A stretch of DNA of 47,929 nucleotides from an uncultured Methanosarcinales archaeon (GTDB lineage Archaea > Nanobdellota > Nanobdellia > Woesearchaeales > GW2011-AR9): positions 1 through 47,929 of the forward strand of contig CAZQLW010000002.1 in NCBI GenBank assembly GCA_964594395.1, written 5' to 3'. Position numbers and translations under genes: made by a program. This document shows, in pieces, positions 27,009 through 35,845 of the stretch. Under the pieces are notes generated by a model that was not told the origin of the DNA, did not search any database, and saw only the letters and a list, made by a program, of their open reading frames with translations. How positions within the stretch are numbered: the first letter of the stretch is position 1; the number at the start of each line of letters is the position of its first letter.

Positions 27009-28295
27009 TTATTTTCTACTTTTTGGTTTTACTTTAACTTTTTTTTTTGCTCTTTTCCTTCCAGTAGCTTCATCCTCAGCATCTTCTCTTTTTGTAGTCT
27101 CTTCAGCAGCTTTCTGTGTTGCTTCTGCTGCTTTTTTTTCTTGAGCTTCTTCTCTTTTTGCTTCTTCTACAAAATTGTCTAAAGCTTGAATAATTGCTCC
27201 ACAGATTGGTGCAATTTTTTTAATCTCAGTTTCAATCTCTTGAACTTTATTGTCCCAATCAGAATCTGTTGGTTTAGGTATTTCAATATTTTCTGCTATT
27301 GTTAAAGCCATGCCACTCTCAGCATAAAGTTGGTCAAAATGATTGTAGGCTGTACCCTGTTCTTTTCCTCTGATTCTTTTAAGATGATGAGTTGCATGTT
27401 CAAGATGTGTTTTAAGATTGTGTAATTTATCTTTAGCACTTTTTGCAGCTTTTTCTTTATCTTTTTTGTTTAACGAATTAATTATATCGTTACAATCGTT
27501 AATCGCTTTTACCAAATAACCTTTAGGGTGTCTGATATGTCCTTCCCTTCTTTCTCTTGATCTTCGTTTTTTTCTTGCATCGTCTGCTTGTGCATAGCGA
27601 GCAATTTCACTCTGTCTTTTCCGTTCTCGTTCTGCTTTTCTATCTCCGGCACCTTCAGCACGATTTAAAGTAAAAGCCCGAATAGCAGCAATAATCATTG
27701 CTAAAAGCATGATTAGGAAACCCCAACCAATAAGGTTATCCAGACTTAATAAGAATCCAGCGAAAGTTGCCCCTACAGAAATAGCAATCGCAATTGCTAA
27801 CATTACTTCTTCTTTTAACGCTTCACTTTCATGGACAAGTTTGAAACTGATATAGGCAACGATAGCAGCGATAGCTAACCCACCCCAGACTCCGAACGGA
27901 GCAAGAAGATAATTAAGTCTTTCTGTGGTACTTACTCCGGTATTAGTTTCGGCAATGAAAATAGCAAATGTTGATAATGCGGAAGCGGCAACTGCAAAAA
28001 TTTTACCTTGTTTGTTAACTTCCCCTTTAGAACCAAACAGTTTTAAGTTTCTGATCCCTTCCATGAAAATAGCAACGAAAATTACAAAGTAAAGAATGAA
28101 CGAAATAAAGTAAGCGTCTTCTATACTAGCATTACCAGTAAATAAACCTTTGAAAAAGGAAAGTACATCTGAAAAGATACCTCCTACTCCTGTATTTGAA
28201 ACGTAATCTCCTGGTGTTGGTACAGCTGCAAAAACAGTTATGGAGAATAAGCTTATCAAAATTAATGTTGGTAAAATAATATTTTTAAGTTTCAT
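27009..28295 (-). CDS. array paralog P1: signal peptide + conserved polytopic membrane domain + R/K/E-rich helical tail (uncharacterized family)
   Basis: N-terminal ~205 aa align with P2-P4 (FMEGIRNLKLFGSKGEVNKQGK, LAPFGVWGGLAIAAI, NLIGWGFLIML). Strong SD AAGGTGATCC upstream. Confidence 0.7.
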   Translation of the reverse strand: MKLKNIILPTLILISLFSITVFAAVPTPGDYVSNTGVGGIFSDVLSFFKGLFTGNASIEDAYFISFILYFVIFVAIFMEGIRNLKLFGSKGEVNKQGKIFAVAASALSTFAIFIAETNTGVSTTERLNYLLAPFGVWGGLAIAAIVAYISFKLVHESEALKEEVMLAIAIAISVGATFAGFLLSLDNLIGWGFLIMLLAMIIAAIRAFTLNRAEGAGDRKAERERKRQSEIARYAQADDARKKRRSRERREGHIRHPKGYLVKAINDCNDIINSLNKKDKEKAAKSAKDKLHNLKTHLEHATHHLKRIRGKEQGTAYNHFDQLYAESGMALTIAENIEIPKPTDSDWDNKVQEIETEIKKIAPICGAIIQALDNFVEEAKREEAQEKKAAEATQKAAEETTKREDAEDEATGRKRAKKKVKVKPKSRK

Positions 28296-28381
28296 TGAGG
28301 ATCACCTTCTTTTTTTAATAATAATTTAATCTTAATACTATTATATAAAAAGTTAAGTTATATAAATATTTCTTTAAGAAG

Positions 28382-31096
28382 TTACTTTTCTTGATATCTT
28401 TTTGGATTCTTCTTAATATGTTCTTCAAGTTCTTCAAGGTTTTTAATTTCAACTTGTAAGCCGTTAGTCCAACCAATAATTTTATTTACTGCTTCTAATA
28501 ACTGTGGCCATTTTTCATTCAATTCTTTTTCTTCTCGCCAATGAGTTTTTTTACTCATAAACAAATCAGTATAAATTTTTGTTACTTCTGCAATATTTTC
28601 CAATAATTTCCGAATACTTCCTTCATAACGAGAATTGTATTTAAGAATGTTGGCTGTAAATGTTTTCATATCTCTTTGAATTTTTTCTGCAGCGTTATAA
28701 TAAATGTTAACGCCTTTAATTGAAACAATTTCTTTTACTAATTCTTTTAATTCTTTTTCTAATCTTTGTTCAAATTTTTCAACGTTTTTTTCAGATCTAC
28801 CTACATTTTCTGAATGATTTCTAATTGCTCCCGTATTTCTTTGACCTAAATCCTTTATTTTTAGTTGTGTTTCAACATCTTCTTTTAATTTCTCAAGATA
28901 ATTAAATTCTGTAGCTAACCATTTTTTTTCTTTAGTAGCATATTTTTTTATCTTTTCCAAAGTCTTAGCTAATTTCTTTTTCTTATCTTCGTCAATAATT
29001 TTTTGCGTATTTTTCTTCGGCGGGTCATAAATTGGAATAATAACATTCTCTTCATGATTATGATTTTTACTAAACTGGATTGGTCTACCAGAGAACTTTA
29101 ACTTTTTATTTCCTTTAACTAAATCTGAACGAGGATTATCTGAATGAGTTGTTCCTTCTCCACCTCTACCAGCAAAAGAATGTTTAAAATTGGTAATATG
29201 GTAATAAATCTCTCTTTCTCCCTCTGACCCTTTGTAAACAACCACACCGGCTGGTTGTTTCTTTAAATTAACACCATCAATTTTATGTTTGATTTTTTCA
29301 AATTGGTTAGGGTCAGCTTCAAATTTTAATTCAAATTTTCCAGAAGTATCTTTAGTAGTATCAATCATAATTGGTTTAGAAAGCGGGACTAAGTTTCCTT
29401 TAATTTGGGCCAAAACGCCAACAAAAAACTTATGTCCTTTAACAAAACCATCCAATTTCGCATTATAAATTTGTTTACCGGTCATATCTTTTAAATCAAG
29501 TTCTCGATCAGGATCAAAAACTACTCTACCAGTAATTTTAAATTTTTGTAAATCTTTTTTAGGGGTATCTTTTTGCCAACCTTTCAAAACCCAAACCCCT
29601 GTTCTGACCATTTTAACTAAAGTATTTGCAGGTACCCAGGTATAACCGTTTTTCCCCCAATTTATACCATGGCTGTTTCTAATTTTGAAAGATTTCACAC
29701 CTTTCCCTTTGTAAGGGTAATGGGAATGGTACCCAACAATTACCATTCCATGCCCGCCATCTTTACCAGGGTTTGAATTTTCGTAAAATGCTTTATTATA
29801 AGGCAAGTTCATATCGTTAGGAAAATCTACAGAAATGTAACATGGGTTTTTGTTGCGAAGTTCATGTACCCATTGGTCAGGGTCTCTTCGATCCAACCTT
29901 CTAAAATCAATTAATTTTTTTGTTACTGCATCATTTGTTGCAGCCGCATCAGGAGCAGTTCTAAATTTATTACTAGGTAATCCTTCAAAAGTCCATAAAT
30001 CTTCAAAACAAACTCCATCCTTTGTTAATGTATCAATAGCTAGTGAAGATGCTGCTCCAACATCTCTATTTTCTTCACCGTATTTTTTTCTTGTTTGGTA
30101 ATATAAATAAGTTGGTGATAAATATTTTTCTGGTTGTTTATAACCTACCTTTCTAATATATTCAAAGATTGAAGTTGCCGCAAAAGCTGTACAGGCACCA
30201 AGACCATCTTGAGATCTAATCCCCATAAAATCTGGTGATAAATCTACAAAGATTTTTTCTTCGTCAGGAATTTTTGGTTGTTTAGGTACTTTTGGTGCAG
30301 GAACTGTTGGCGCGTTAGGATTTTCTCCGGGTTTAGGTTTTCCTGGTGGCATTGGCGGGTCATCAGGATTGGCTTTTCTTGGTGATGGTGGTGGCACTCT
30401 TCCTGGAGGTCGAGTATTTTCATCAGATGTTCCTCCTCCTGGAGTACTTCCATTTCCTCCAATTCCAAAAGTTCCACCATCTTTTTTCCATTTAGCAAAG
30501 GCAACTATTGCTCCTACTAATAAAGCAAGAAGCATGATTAAATATCCCCAGCCAATTAAATTGTTTAAACTTAATAAGAATCCAGCAAAAGTTATTCCTA
30601 CGGATGCAGCAATAGCAATGGCTAACATAACTTGTTCTCTGAAAACTTCACTATCATAAATTAGTTTAAATGTTATATAACACATAATTCCTGCAATTGC
30701 TAACCCACCCCAAACTCCGAAAGGAGCAAGAAGAGCATTCAGTCTTTCAGTTGTACTAACTTGAGTAGCATAATCAATCACATACAAAGAGAGAGTAGAT
30801 AGAAGTGAAGCAGCAACAGAAAACACTTTACCCTGTTTGTTTACTTCGCCCTTATAACCGAAGATTGGTAAAGCGCGTAACCCTTCCATAAAAATTGCTA
30901 GAAATAAAATGAAAAACAAAATTTGTGAAATTAAATAAGCTGATTCTATTTCCGGTACTCCAGCAAATAAATCTTTAATAAACTGAAACAGGTTAGTAAT
31001 TGATTCTCCCGGTGTTGGCACTTCTGCCAGAACTGAGAAAGAGAACATAATAGTTAAAAGTAAAATAATCGTACCTATTCTTGTTTTACTGTTCAT
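28382..31096 (-). CDS. array paralog P2: same membrane domain + Gly- and Pro-rich linkers + papain-like (C1) cysteine peptidase domain + beta-rich region + helical tail
   Basis: Membrane domain is nearly identical in motifs to P1. Peptidase residues: Q296 and C302 (RSQDGLGACTAFAATS), H449 (GGHGMVIVGY) and N474 followed by W480 (IRNSHGINWGKNGY). The Q-to-C spacing of 6 matches papain. Confidence 0.75.
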   Translation of the reverse strand: MNSKTRIGTIILLLTIMFSFSVLAEVPTPGESITNLFQFIKDLFAGVPEIESAYLISQILFFILFLAIFMEGLRALPIFGYKGEVNKQGKVFSVAASLLSTLSLYVIDYATQVSTTERLNALLAPFGVWGGLAIAGIMCYITFKLIYDSEVFREQVMLAIAIAASVGITFAGFLLSLNNLIGWGYLIMLLALLVGAIVAFAKWKKDGGTFGIGGNGSTPGGGTSDENTRPPGRVPPPSPRKANPDDPPMPPGKPKPGENPNAPTVPAPKVPKQPKIPDEEKIFVDLSPDFMGIRSQDGLGACTAFAATSIFEYIRKVGYKQPEKYLSPTYLYYQTRKKYGEENRDVGAASSLAIDTLTKDGVCFEDLWTFEGLPSNKFRTAPDAAATNDAVTKKLIDFRRLDRRDPDQWVHELRNKNPCYISVDFPNDMNLPYNKAFYENSNPGKDGGHGMVIVGYHSHYPYKGKGVKSFKIRNSHGINWGKNGYTWVPANTLVKMVRTGVWVLKGWQKDTPKKDLQKFKITGRVVFDPDRELDLKDMTGKQIYNAKLDGFVKGHKFFVGVLAQIKGNLVPLSKPIMIDTTKDTSGKFELKFEADPNQFEKIKHKIDGVNLKKQPAGVVVYKGSEGEREIYYHITNFKHSFAGRGGEGTTHSDNPRSDLVKGNKKLKFSGRPIQFSKNHNHEENVIIPIYDPPKKNTQKIIDEDKKKKLAKTLEKIKKYATKEKKWLATEFNYLEKLKEDVETQLKIKDLGQRNTGAIRNHSENVGRSEKNVEKFEQRLEKELKELVKEIVSIKGVNIYYNAAEKIQRDMKTFTANILKYNSRYEGSIRKLLENIAEVTKIYTDLFMSKKTHWREEKELNEKWPQLLEAVNKIIGWTNGLQVEIKNLEELEEHIKKNPKRYQEK

Positions 31097-31115
31097 CTTC
31101 CTCTTTTTTTTACTT

Positions 31116-32399
31116 TTACTTCTTCATAGCTTCTAATTTTGCTTCTTCAAGTTTAAATTCTTTTTTTGCGTTTTCAAAAATTCTAACTAAAGCAGTATCG
31201 GCTTTGATTGCTTCTTTTAAAATGTCTTTTAGTTGTAAATATTTGGCTTTTGTTCCTCCTCCTCTACCAGCATCACCTTTGATATAAGGACTTACATGGG
31301 CACCAAATTTTGCACCTAATGTTCCTAAAACCTTGTCAAATTGTCCATTTCTTGCTTCTAATTTAATTAAATCTTTCCAATACACTTCTATCTTTTGTTT
31401 CCAATTTTTAATTTTTCTTTTTTGGCCATCATTGGCTTTATTTTCTAATTTGTTTAAGTGTTTAATAAAGTGATCAAGTCTTCTTCTCATTCGGCGTAAA
31501 GTCCTTTCTTCTCTTTTAACTTTAATATATTTGAACTTTTTAGTGTCTCCTAACTTACCATTTTTTTTCTTATATTCATCATCTAACTGTTTGTCTACTG
31601 TTTTTAACCAAGCGAATTCAGCAATGGAAAATTTTTCTAATTTTTCTGCTTCTTTTTTACCTTTGTCTTCATCACTTATAGATTCACCACCAGAATCTTC
31701 TCCTCCACCAAGAATTCCTCCTCCTCCACTACTACTTCCACCACTTCCTCCAGAAGAAGTTGAACCACTGCTATTAGATCCGCCGCCTTTAAACATGGTA
31801 AAAAGTCCAATTATTAATGCTATCATCATAATAATGAAACCATAGCCAATAAGGTTAGGTTCAGAAATAAACCATCCACCGAACATTAAACCTGCTGAAA
31901 AAGCGGTGACCGCTCTTATGCCAGTGTGACTTTTTAAAAAATCTGCTTCTTTAGTTGCTAAGAAAATTATTAAAGTCATTATACCGGCAATGGCTAGACC
32001 CGCCCAAACACCGAAAGGAGCAAGTGCGTTTTTCATCATTTCTCCAGTAGATTGGCCAGTGAATTGTTCGCCCATAAAGATTGCTGCTACTGAAAGGAAA
32101 GTTGCTGCAAATGCAAACCATTTTCCGGGCGTATTAATTTCTCCTTTTCCGCCAAAAAGTGGAAGGAACTTTAATCCTTCAACATAAATTGCCATGATTA
32201 AAATAAAATAGGCAATGTAAATTAAGAAATAACTTTGTTCTGCATCAGCTGAACCTGTAAACATGTCCATGAAGAAACTTCCTGCGTTTTTGAACATTTC
32301 GCTGAATGTGGGCATTCCTTCTTGAGCAAGAACACCGAACGAAAGTAATCCGATCAGAGCTAAACAAATTGTTAATAAAATAATATTTTTAGTTTTCAT
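31116..32399 (-). CDS. array paralog P3: same membrane domain + Gly/Ser linker + helical K/E-rich tail
   Basis: YVEGLKFLPLFGGKGEINTPGKWFAFAAT, LAPFGVWAGLAIAGI and NLIGYGFIIMM. GGTGAT SD. 6-nt gap to P4. Confidence 0.7.
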   Translation of the reverse strand: MKTKNIILLTICLALIGLLSFGVLAQEGMPTFSEMFKNAGSFFMDMFTGSADAEQSYFLIYIAYFILIMAIYVEGLKFLPLFGGKGEINTPGKWFAFAATFLSVAAIFMGEQFTGQSTGEMMKNALAPFGVWAGLAIAGIMTLIIFLATKEADFLKSHTGIRAVTAFSAGLMFGGWFISEPNLIGYGFIIMMIALIIGLFTMFKGGGSNSSGSTSSGGSGGSSSGGGGILGGGEDSGGESISDEDKGKKEAEKLEKFSIAEFAWLKTVDKQLDDEYKKKNGKLGDTKKFKYIKVKREERTLRRMRRRLDHFIKHLNKLENKANDGQKRKIKNWKQKIEVYWKDLIKLEARNGQFDKVLGTLGAKFGAHVSPYIKGDAGRGGGTKAKYLQLKDILKEAIKADTALVRIFENAKKEFKLEEAKLEAMKK

Positions 32400-32405
32400 G
32401 ATTAA

Positions 32406-33614
32406 TCACCTGTTCATTTTATTTTCAATTGAATCTTTTTTTAACTCTTCTATTAATTCATTATCAATTGCTTTTAATGCTGATGTCGCTTTAGCTATTT
32501 TTTGAGTGATTTTTAATGCTTCTTCTAAAGTTTCTTTTGCTTTTACTTTAGTTTTAGCATTTTCTGCATCTTTAAGTTTATTTTTCAAATTAATTTTTAA
32601 TTCTTTTTCTAAAACGCCACTAAAAACTGTTAATTTCTCTTTAGTTTCCGGGTTCTTAGTAATCACGTTCTCAATTTTTCCTACTGCGTCTGTTACAAAA
32701 CGATCAAAATTTATTGCTTTATCTTCATATCTTGAAGCCGCTCTAATTTCTTCTTTTGCTTTTTTAAGCGTTCCTTTTGGTCTTTTTAATTCTTTTAAAG
32801 CGTCTTTAATTTCATCAGTAGTTTTCTTATTATATCTCCAAACATTTCTTAATGCTTGAACCAATTTTTTGGTTAGAGTCTTTCCCGTTTTAGGGTTTTC
32901 TGGCCCCGGAGTTGTTGGTGAATCATTTCCATCACCTTTATCCATATATTTCGCTTTACCAAAAAAAGTATTTCCATCATCAGGAGTATCATTGTAATGT
33001 TTGACAATAGCCACAATAACTCCAACAACAATCGCAATTATCAATATAAAATATCCCCAACCAATGACGTTTGCTTGAGAAAGAAAAAACCCGGCAAAAA
33101 TCATTCCTACTGCTAAAGAATAAGTTATTCCTAACGTTACATGTTTTTCAAATAATCCGGAATCTTTTCCAGCTAAGAAAACGATTAATGCAAAAATTCC
33201 TGCCAAAGCAAGACCTGCCCAAACTCCGAAAGGAGCTAAAGCCATATTAATAAGTTCTTGTGACGATTGACCTGAAGCTTGTTCAGCAATAAATATAGCC
33301 ATTACAGAAAGGGTAGTTGCGGCAAAGGCAAACCATTTTCCTGGAGTGCTGATTTCTCCTTTACTGCCAAAAAGAGGTAAGTATTTTATCCCTTCAACAT
33401 AAATTGCGATAATCAGAATGAAGTATGCTATAAAAACAAGGAAATAAGTGTGGTCCATTGATGCCGATCCGACCATTACGCCTTTAGTAAATATGCTTAA
33501 ATCGCTAAACAAATTTTTAAATATTTCACTGGCAGTAGGAACATTTCCATTTTGAGCTAAAGCACTGAAAGAAAAGATTACGAAACTTAACATGAATAAT
33601 AATACTTTTTTCAT
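32406..33614 (-). CDS. array paralog P4 (first gene of the array): same membrane domain + helical K/E-rich tail
   Basis: YVEGIKYLPLFGSKGEISTPGKWFAFAAT, LAPFGVWAGLALAGI and NVIGWGYFILI. GGTGAT SD 5 nt upstream of the ATG. Confidence 0.7.
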   Translation of the reverse strand: MKKVLLFMLSFVIFSFSALAQNGNVPTASEIFKNLFSDLSIFTKGVMVGSASMDHTYFLVFIAYFILIIAIYVEGIKYLPLFGSKGEISTPGKWFAFAATTLSVMAIFIAEQASGQSSQELINMALAPFGVWAGLALAGIFALIVFLAGKDSGLFEKHVTLGITYSLAVGMIFAGFFLSQANVIGWGYFILIIAIVVGVIVAIVKHYNDTPDDGNTFFGKAKYMDKGDGNDSPTTPGPENPKTGKTLTKKLVQALRNVWRYNKKTTDEIKDALKELKRPKGTLKKAKEEIRAASRYEDKAINFDRFVTDAVGKIENVITKNPETKEKLTVFSGVLEKELKINLKNKLKDAENAKTKVKAKETLEEALKITQKIAKATSALKAIDNELIEELKKDSIENKMNR

Positions 33615-33772
33615 TTTACATCACCTATTTTAAATATTATACTAATTAGTATAAACTAAAGAGAAATAACCAGCCTATTTAAAATTTTCTTATCTCTAAT
33701 AGTTAATTAGGTTTAAATTGGATTATTGATGTTTGAAAATAATTAACTTCAATCAATAAAAACAACAAAAAT

Positions 33773-33780
33773 AATATAAA
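33773..33780 (+). promoter_or_regulatory. TATA box (AATATAAA) for gatD
   Basis: 23 nt upstream of ATG 33804. Confidence 0.45.
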
Positions 33781-33803
33781 CTACTAAACAATTTCTTTAA
33801 ACT

Positions 33804-35093
33804 ATGACAGATGCAGGTAATCGAGTGAAAGTAATCACAAAAAAGAGTACTGAAGAAGGTATTCTCATGCCCAGTTTTGATGAAAGTACAGTTATTATTA
33901 AATTAGATAGTGGATACAATACTGGTTTTGAAAAAAAAGAAATTGTTAAAATGGTGACTTTGAAAAAAAGTAAACCAAAAGCAGAGACAAAACAAAAAAT
34001 TAAAATTAATAAAGATTTACCAACAATTAGCGTTTTACATACCGGGGGAACAATAGCTTCTAAAGTAGATTACCGGACCGGCGGAGTTGCTACTGAATTC
34101 AGTCCGGAAGAGTTACTTTCTTTATTTCCGGAACTAAAAAATATTGCTAACATTGAATCTGAACTAATTTCGCAGATGTGGAGTGACGACTTAAGATTTA
34201 AACATTTCACGTTAATCGCAAAAAAGATTGAACAGCAAATTAAGAAAAAAGTTAAAGGAATAATTATTGGAATTGGTACAGACAATTTAGCAGTTGCCGC
34301 ATCAGCGTTATCTTTTATTATTGAAAAATCTCCTATTCCTATTTTGTTTGTTGGTGCCCAACGTTCTTCAGACAGAGGTAGTAGTGATGCTGGGATGAAC
34401 CTTATTTGTGCTGCAGAATTTATTGCGAAAACTGATTTTGCAGGGGTAGGAATCTGCATGCACAAAAATGCTGATGATAATAATTGTTTAATTCTTCCGG
34501 CCAATAAAACTTATAAATTACATTCTTCACGAAGGGATGCGTTCAAAGCGGTTAATTCTAACGCGATTGCGGAAGTAAATTATAAAACAAAAAAAATAAA
34601 GTTCATTAACAAAGATTATCAAAAAGCAGACAAAAAAATAATCGTCAAACCGAAGATGGAAGAAAAAGTTGGCTTGTTAAAAATTCATGTTAACATGTTT
34701 CCTGAACAGTTTGAGTTTTTTAAAAATTATAAAGGGTTAGTGATTGAAGGTACCGGCCTTGGCCACACGCCTGGACAAGCACCCAATCCAGAATCTGAAA
34801 TTCATAAAAAGATTTATCCTGCAATTAAAAAAGTTATTGATTCTGGTTGTGTGGTAGTGATGACAACTCAATGTATTTTTGGTGGGGTAAACATGAACGT
34901 TTATGATAAAGGGAGAGACTTATTAGAATTAGGTGTTATTCCCGGAAAAGATATGTTGGCGAATACTGTATTAGTGAAATTATCTTGGCTTTTAGCTAAC
35001 TATTCAAAAGAGGAAACAGAAAAATTAATTTCAGAAAATCTTCGTGGAGAGATTAATCAAAATATTAGTTACGAGAAAGAATTTATTAAATAA
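33804..35093 (+). CDS. gatD: Glu-tRNA(Gln) amidotransferase subunit D
   Basis: 429 aa. N-terminal GatD-specific domain followed by an asparaginase fold, with LHTGGTIASKVDYRTGG and the HGTD-equivalent IGIGTDNL. Confidence 0.88.
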   Translation: MTDAGNRVKVITKKSTEEGILMPSFDESTVIIKLDSGYNTGFEKKEIVKMVTLKKSKPKAETKQKIKINKDLPTISVLHTGGTIASKVDYRTGGVATEFSPEELLSLFPELKNIANIESELISQMWSDDLRFKHFTLIAKKIEQQIKKKVKGIIIGIGTDNLAVAASALSFIIEKSPIPILFVGAQRSSDRGSSDAGMNLICAAEFIAKTDFAGVGICMHKNADDNNCLILPANKTYKLHSSRRDAFKAVNSNAIAEVNYKTKKIKFINKDYQKADKKIIVKPKMEEKVGLLKIHVNMFPEQFEFFKNYKGLVIEGTGLGHTPGQAPNPESEIHKKIYPAIKKVIDSGCVVVMTTQCIFGGVNMNVYDKGRDLLELGVIPGKDMLANTVLVKLSWLLANYSKEETEKLISENLRGEINQNISYEKEFIK

Positions 35094-35096
35094 AAA

Positions 35097-35573
35097 ATGG
35101 TGTTGCTTTTTTTAACTGTTGGTGTGCTTTTGCTAGTTTTACTTAATCTTTATTTTTATTATCAAAGCATGAAATCAGTAGACAAAGATCTTCAGAAATT
35201 TAATTGGGATAACTTGCAAAAAGAAGAATACTTAAAAAAATGTTACAATTATGTTGGCGATAGATTTGGAAGAGTTAAACATTGTTGGTTAGTTTTACCG
35301 TGGAGAAATTTCTTTTATCGGAACATGTGGAAAATGAAAAACAAAGGGTTGCCTTGTCATATGTACACCTTTTTTTTAAACCAGTGTCTGAAAAAAAAGT
35401 TCCCTAAAAAAAATATTAAAACTATTTTTGCTGCTGATCGGGCAAAGAATATTGTTGTTCATTTTTATACAAAAGTTAAACTGTCTGGGAAATGGATTAA
35501 TGCTGATTCTTGGGGAAAGAAAAGAGGATTACCATTCGGAAAAAATATTCATGATTCAAAATGGAAGAGGTAA
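35097..35573 (+). CDS. membrane-anchored transglutaminase-like (Cys-His-Asp) superfamily protein
   Basis: N-terminal TM. Candidate triad in family-typical order and context: GLPCHMYTFF (Cys), IVVHFYTKV (His) and WINADSWG (Asp). Confidence 0.45.
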   Translation: MVLLFLTVGVLLLVLLNLYFYYQSMKSVDKDLQKFNWDNLQKEEYLKKCYNYVGDRFGRVKHCWLVLPWRNFFYRNMWKMKNKGLPCHMYTFFLNQCLKKKFPKKNIKTIFAADRAKNIVVHFYTKVKLSGKWINADSWGKKRGLPFGKNIHDSKWKR

Positions 35574-35577
35574 GAAA

Positions 35578-35832
35578 ATGAAGAAAATATTTTTATTAAT
35601 TGTATTGTTGTCAACTATTTTTTTAATTGCTTGTAGTAGTATAAAAGAATGTTCTGTTGATAAGGATTGTGTTACTAGCACCTGTTGTCATGCTTCAGAA
35701 GCAGTTCCAAAAGAAGATGGGCCGGACTGTACAGGACAGTTATGCACTATGGAATGTGTACCTGGGACGGTTGATTGTGGTCAAGGAAAAGTTAAATGCG
35801 TTTCTGGAGAATGTGAAGTTGTTTTGAATTAA
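35578..35832 (+). CDS. small Cys-rich secreted lipoprotein (start revised from 35428)
   Basis: MKKIFLLIVLLSTIFLIAC has a lipobox-like LIAC. Eleven Cys after the signal in about 65 aa by hand count. The ATG lies 4 nt after the upstream stop. The tracked upstream extension overlaps the previous gene in another frame. Confidence 0.55.
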   Translation: MKKIFLLIVLLSTIFLIACSSIKECSVDKDCVTSTCCHASEAVPKEDGPDCTGQLCTMECVPGTVDCGQGKVKCVSGECEVVLN

Positions 35833-35845
35833 TTATTTTTTAATT

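Noticed and set aside
30244-30659. ORFs 30244-30504(-) and 30369-30659(+), including a His-run and a Pro/Gly-rich product
   Set aside because: They are alternative-frame and antisense readings of the Pro-rich linker of P2. The in-frame P2 reading continues into a conserved peptidase domain.
31531-31845. Pro-rich 104-aa plus-strand ORF
   Set aside because: It is a mirror image of the Gly/Ser-rich linker of P3 on the opposite strand (GGN/AGY codons read as CCN antisense).
35428-35577. Upstream extension of the Cys-rich lipoprotein ORF; likewise 45768-45803 for the pilin-like gene
   Set aside because: Both extensions overlap the preceding gene in another frame and bury an obvious N-terminal signal peptide that begins at an internal ATG.
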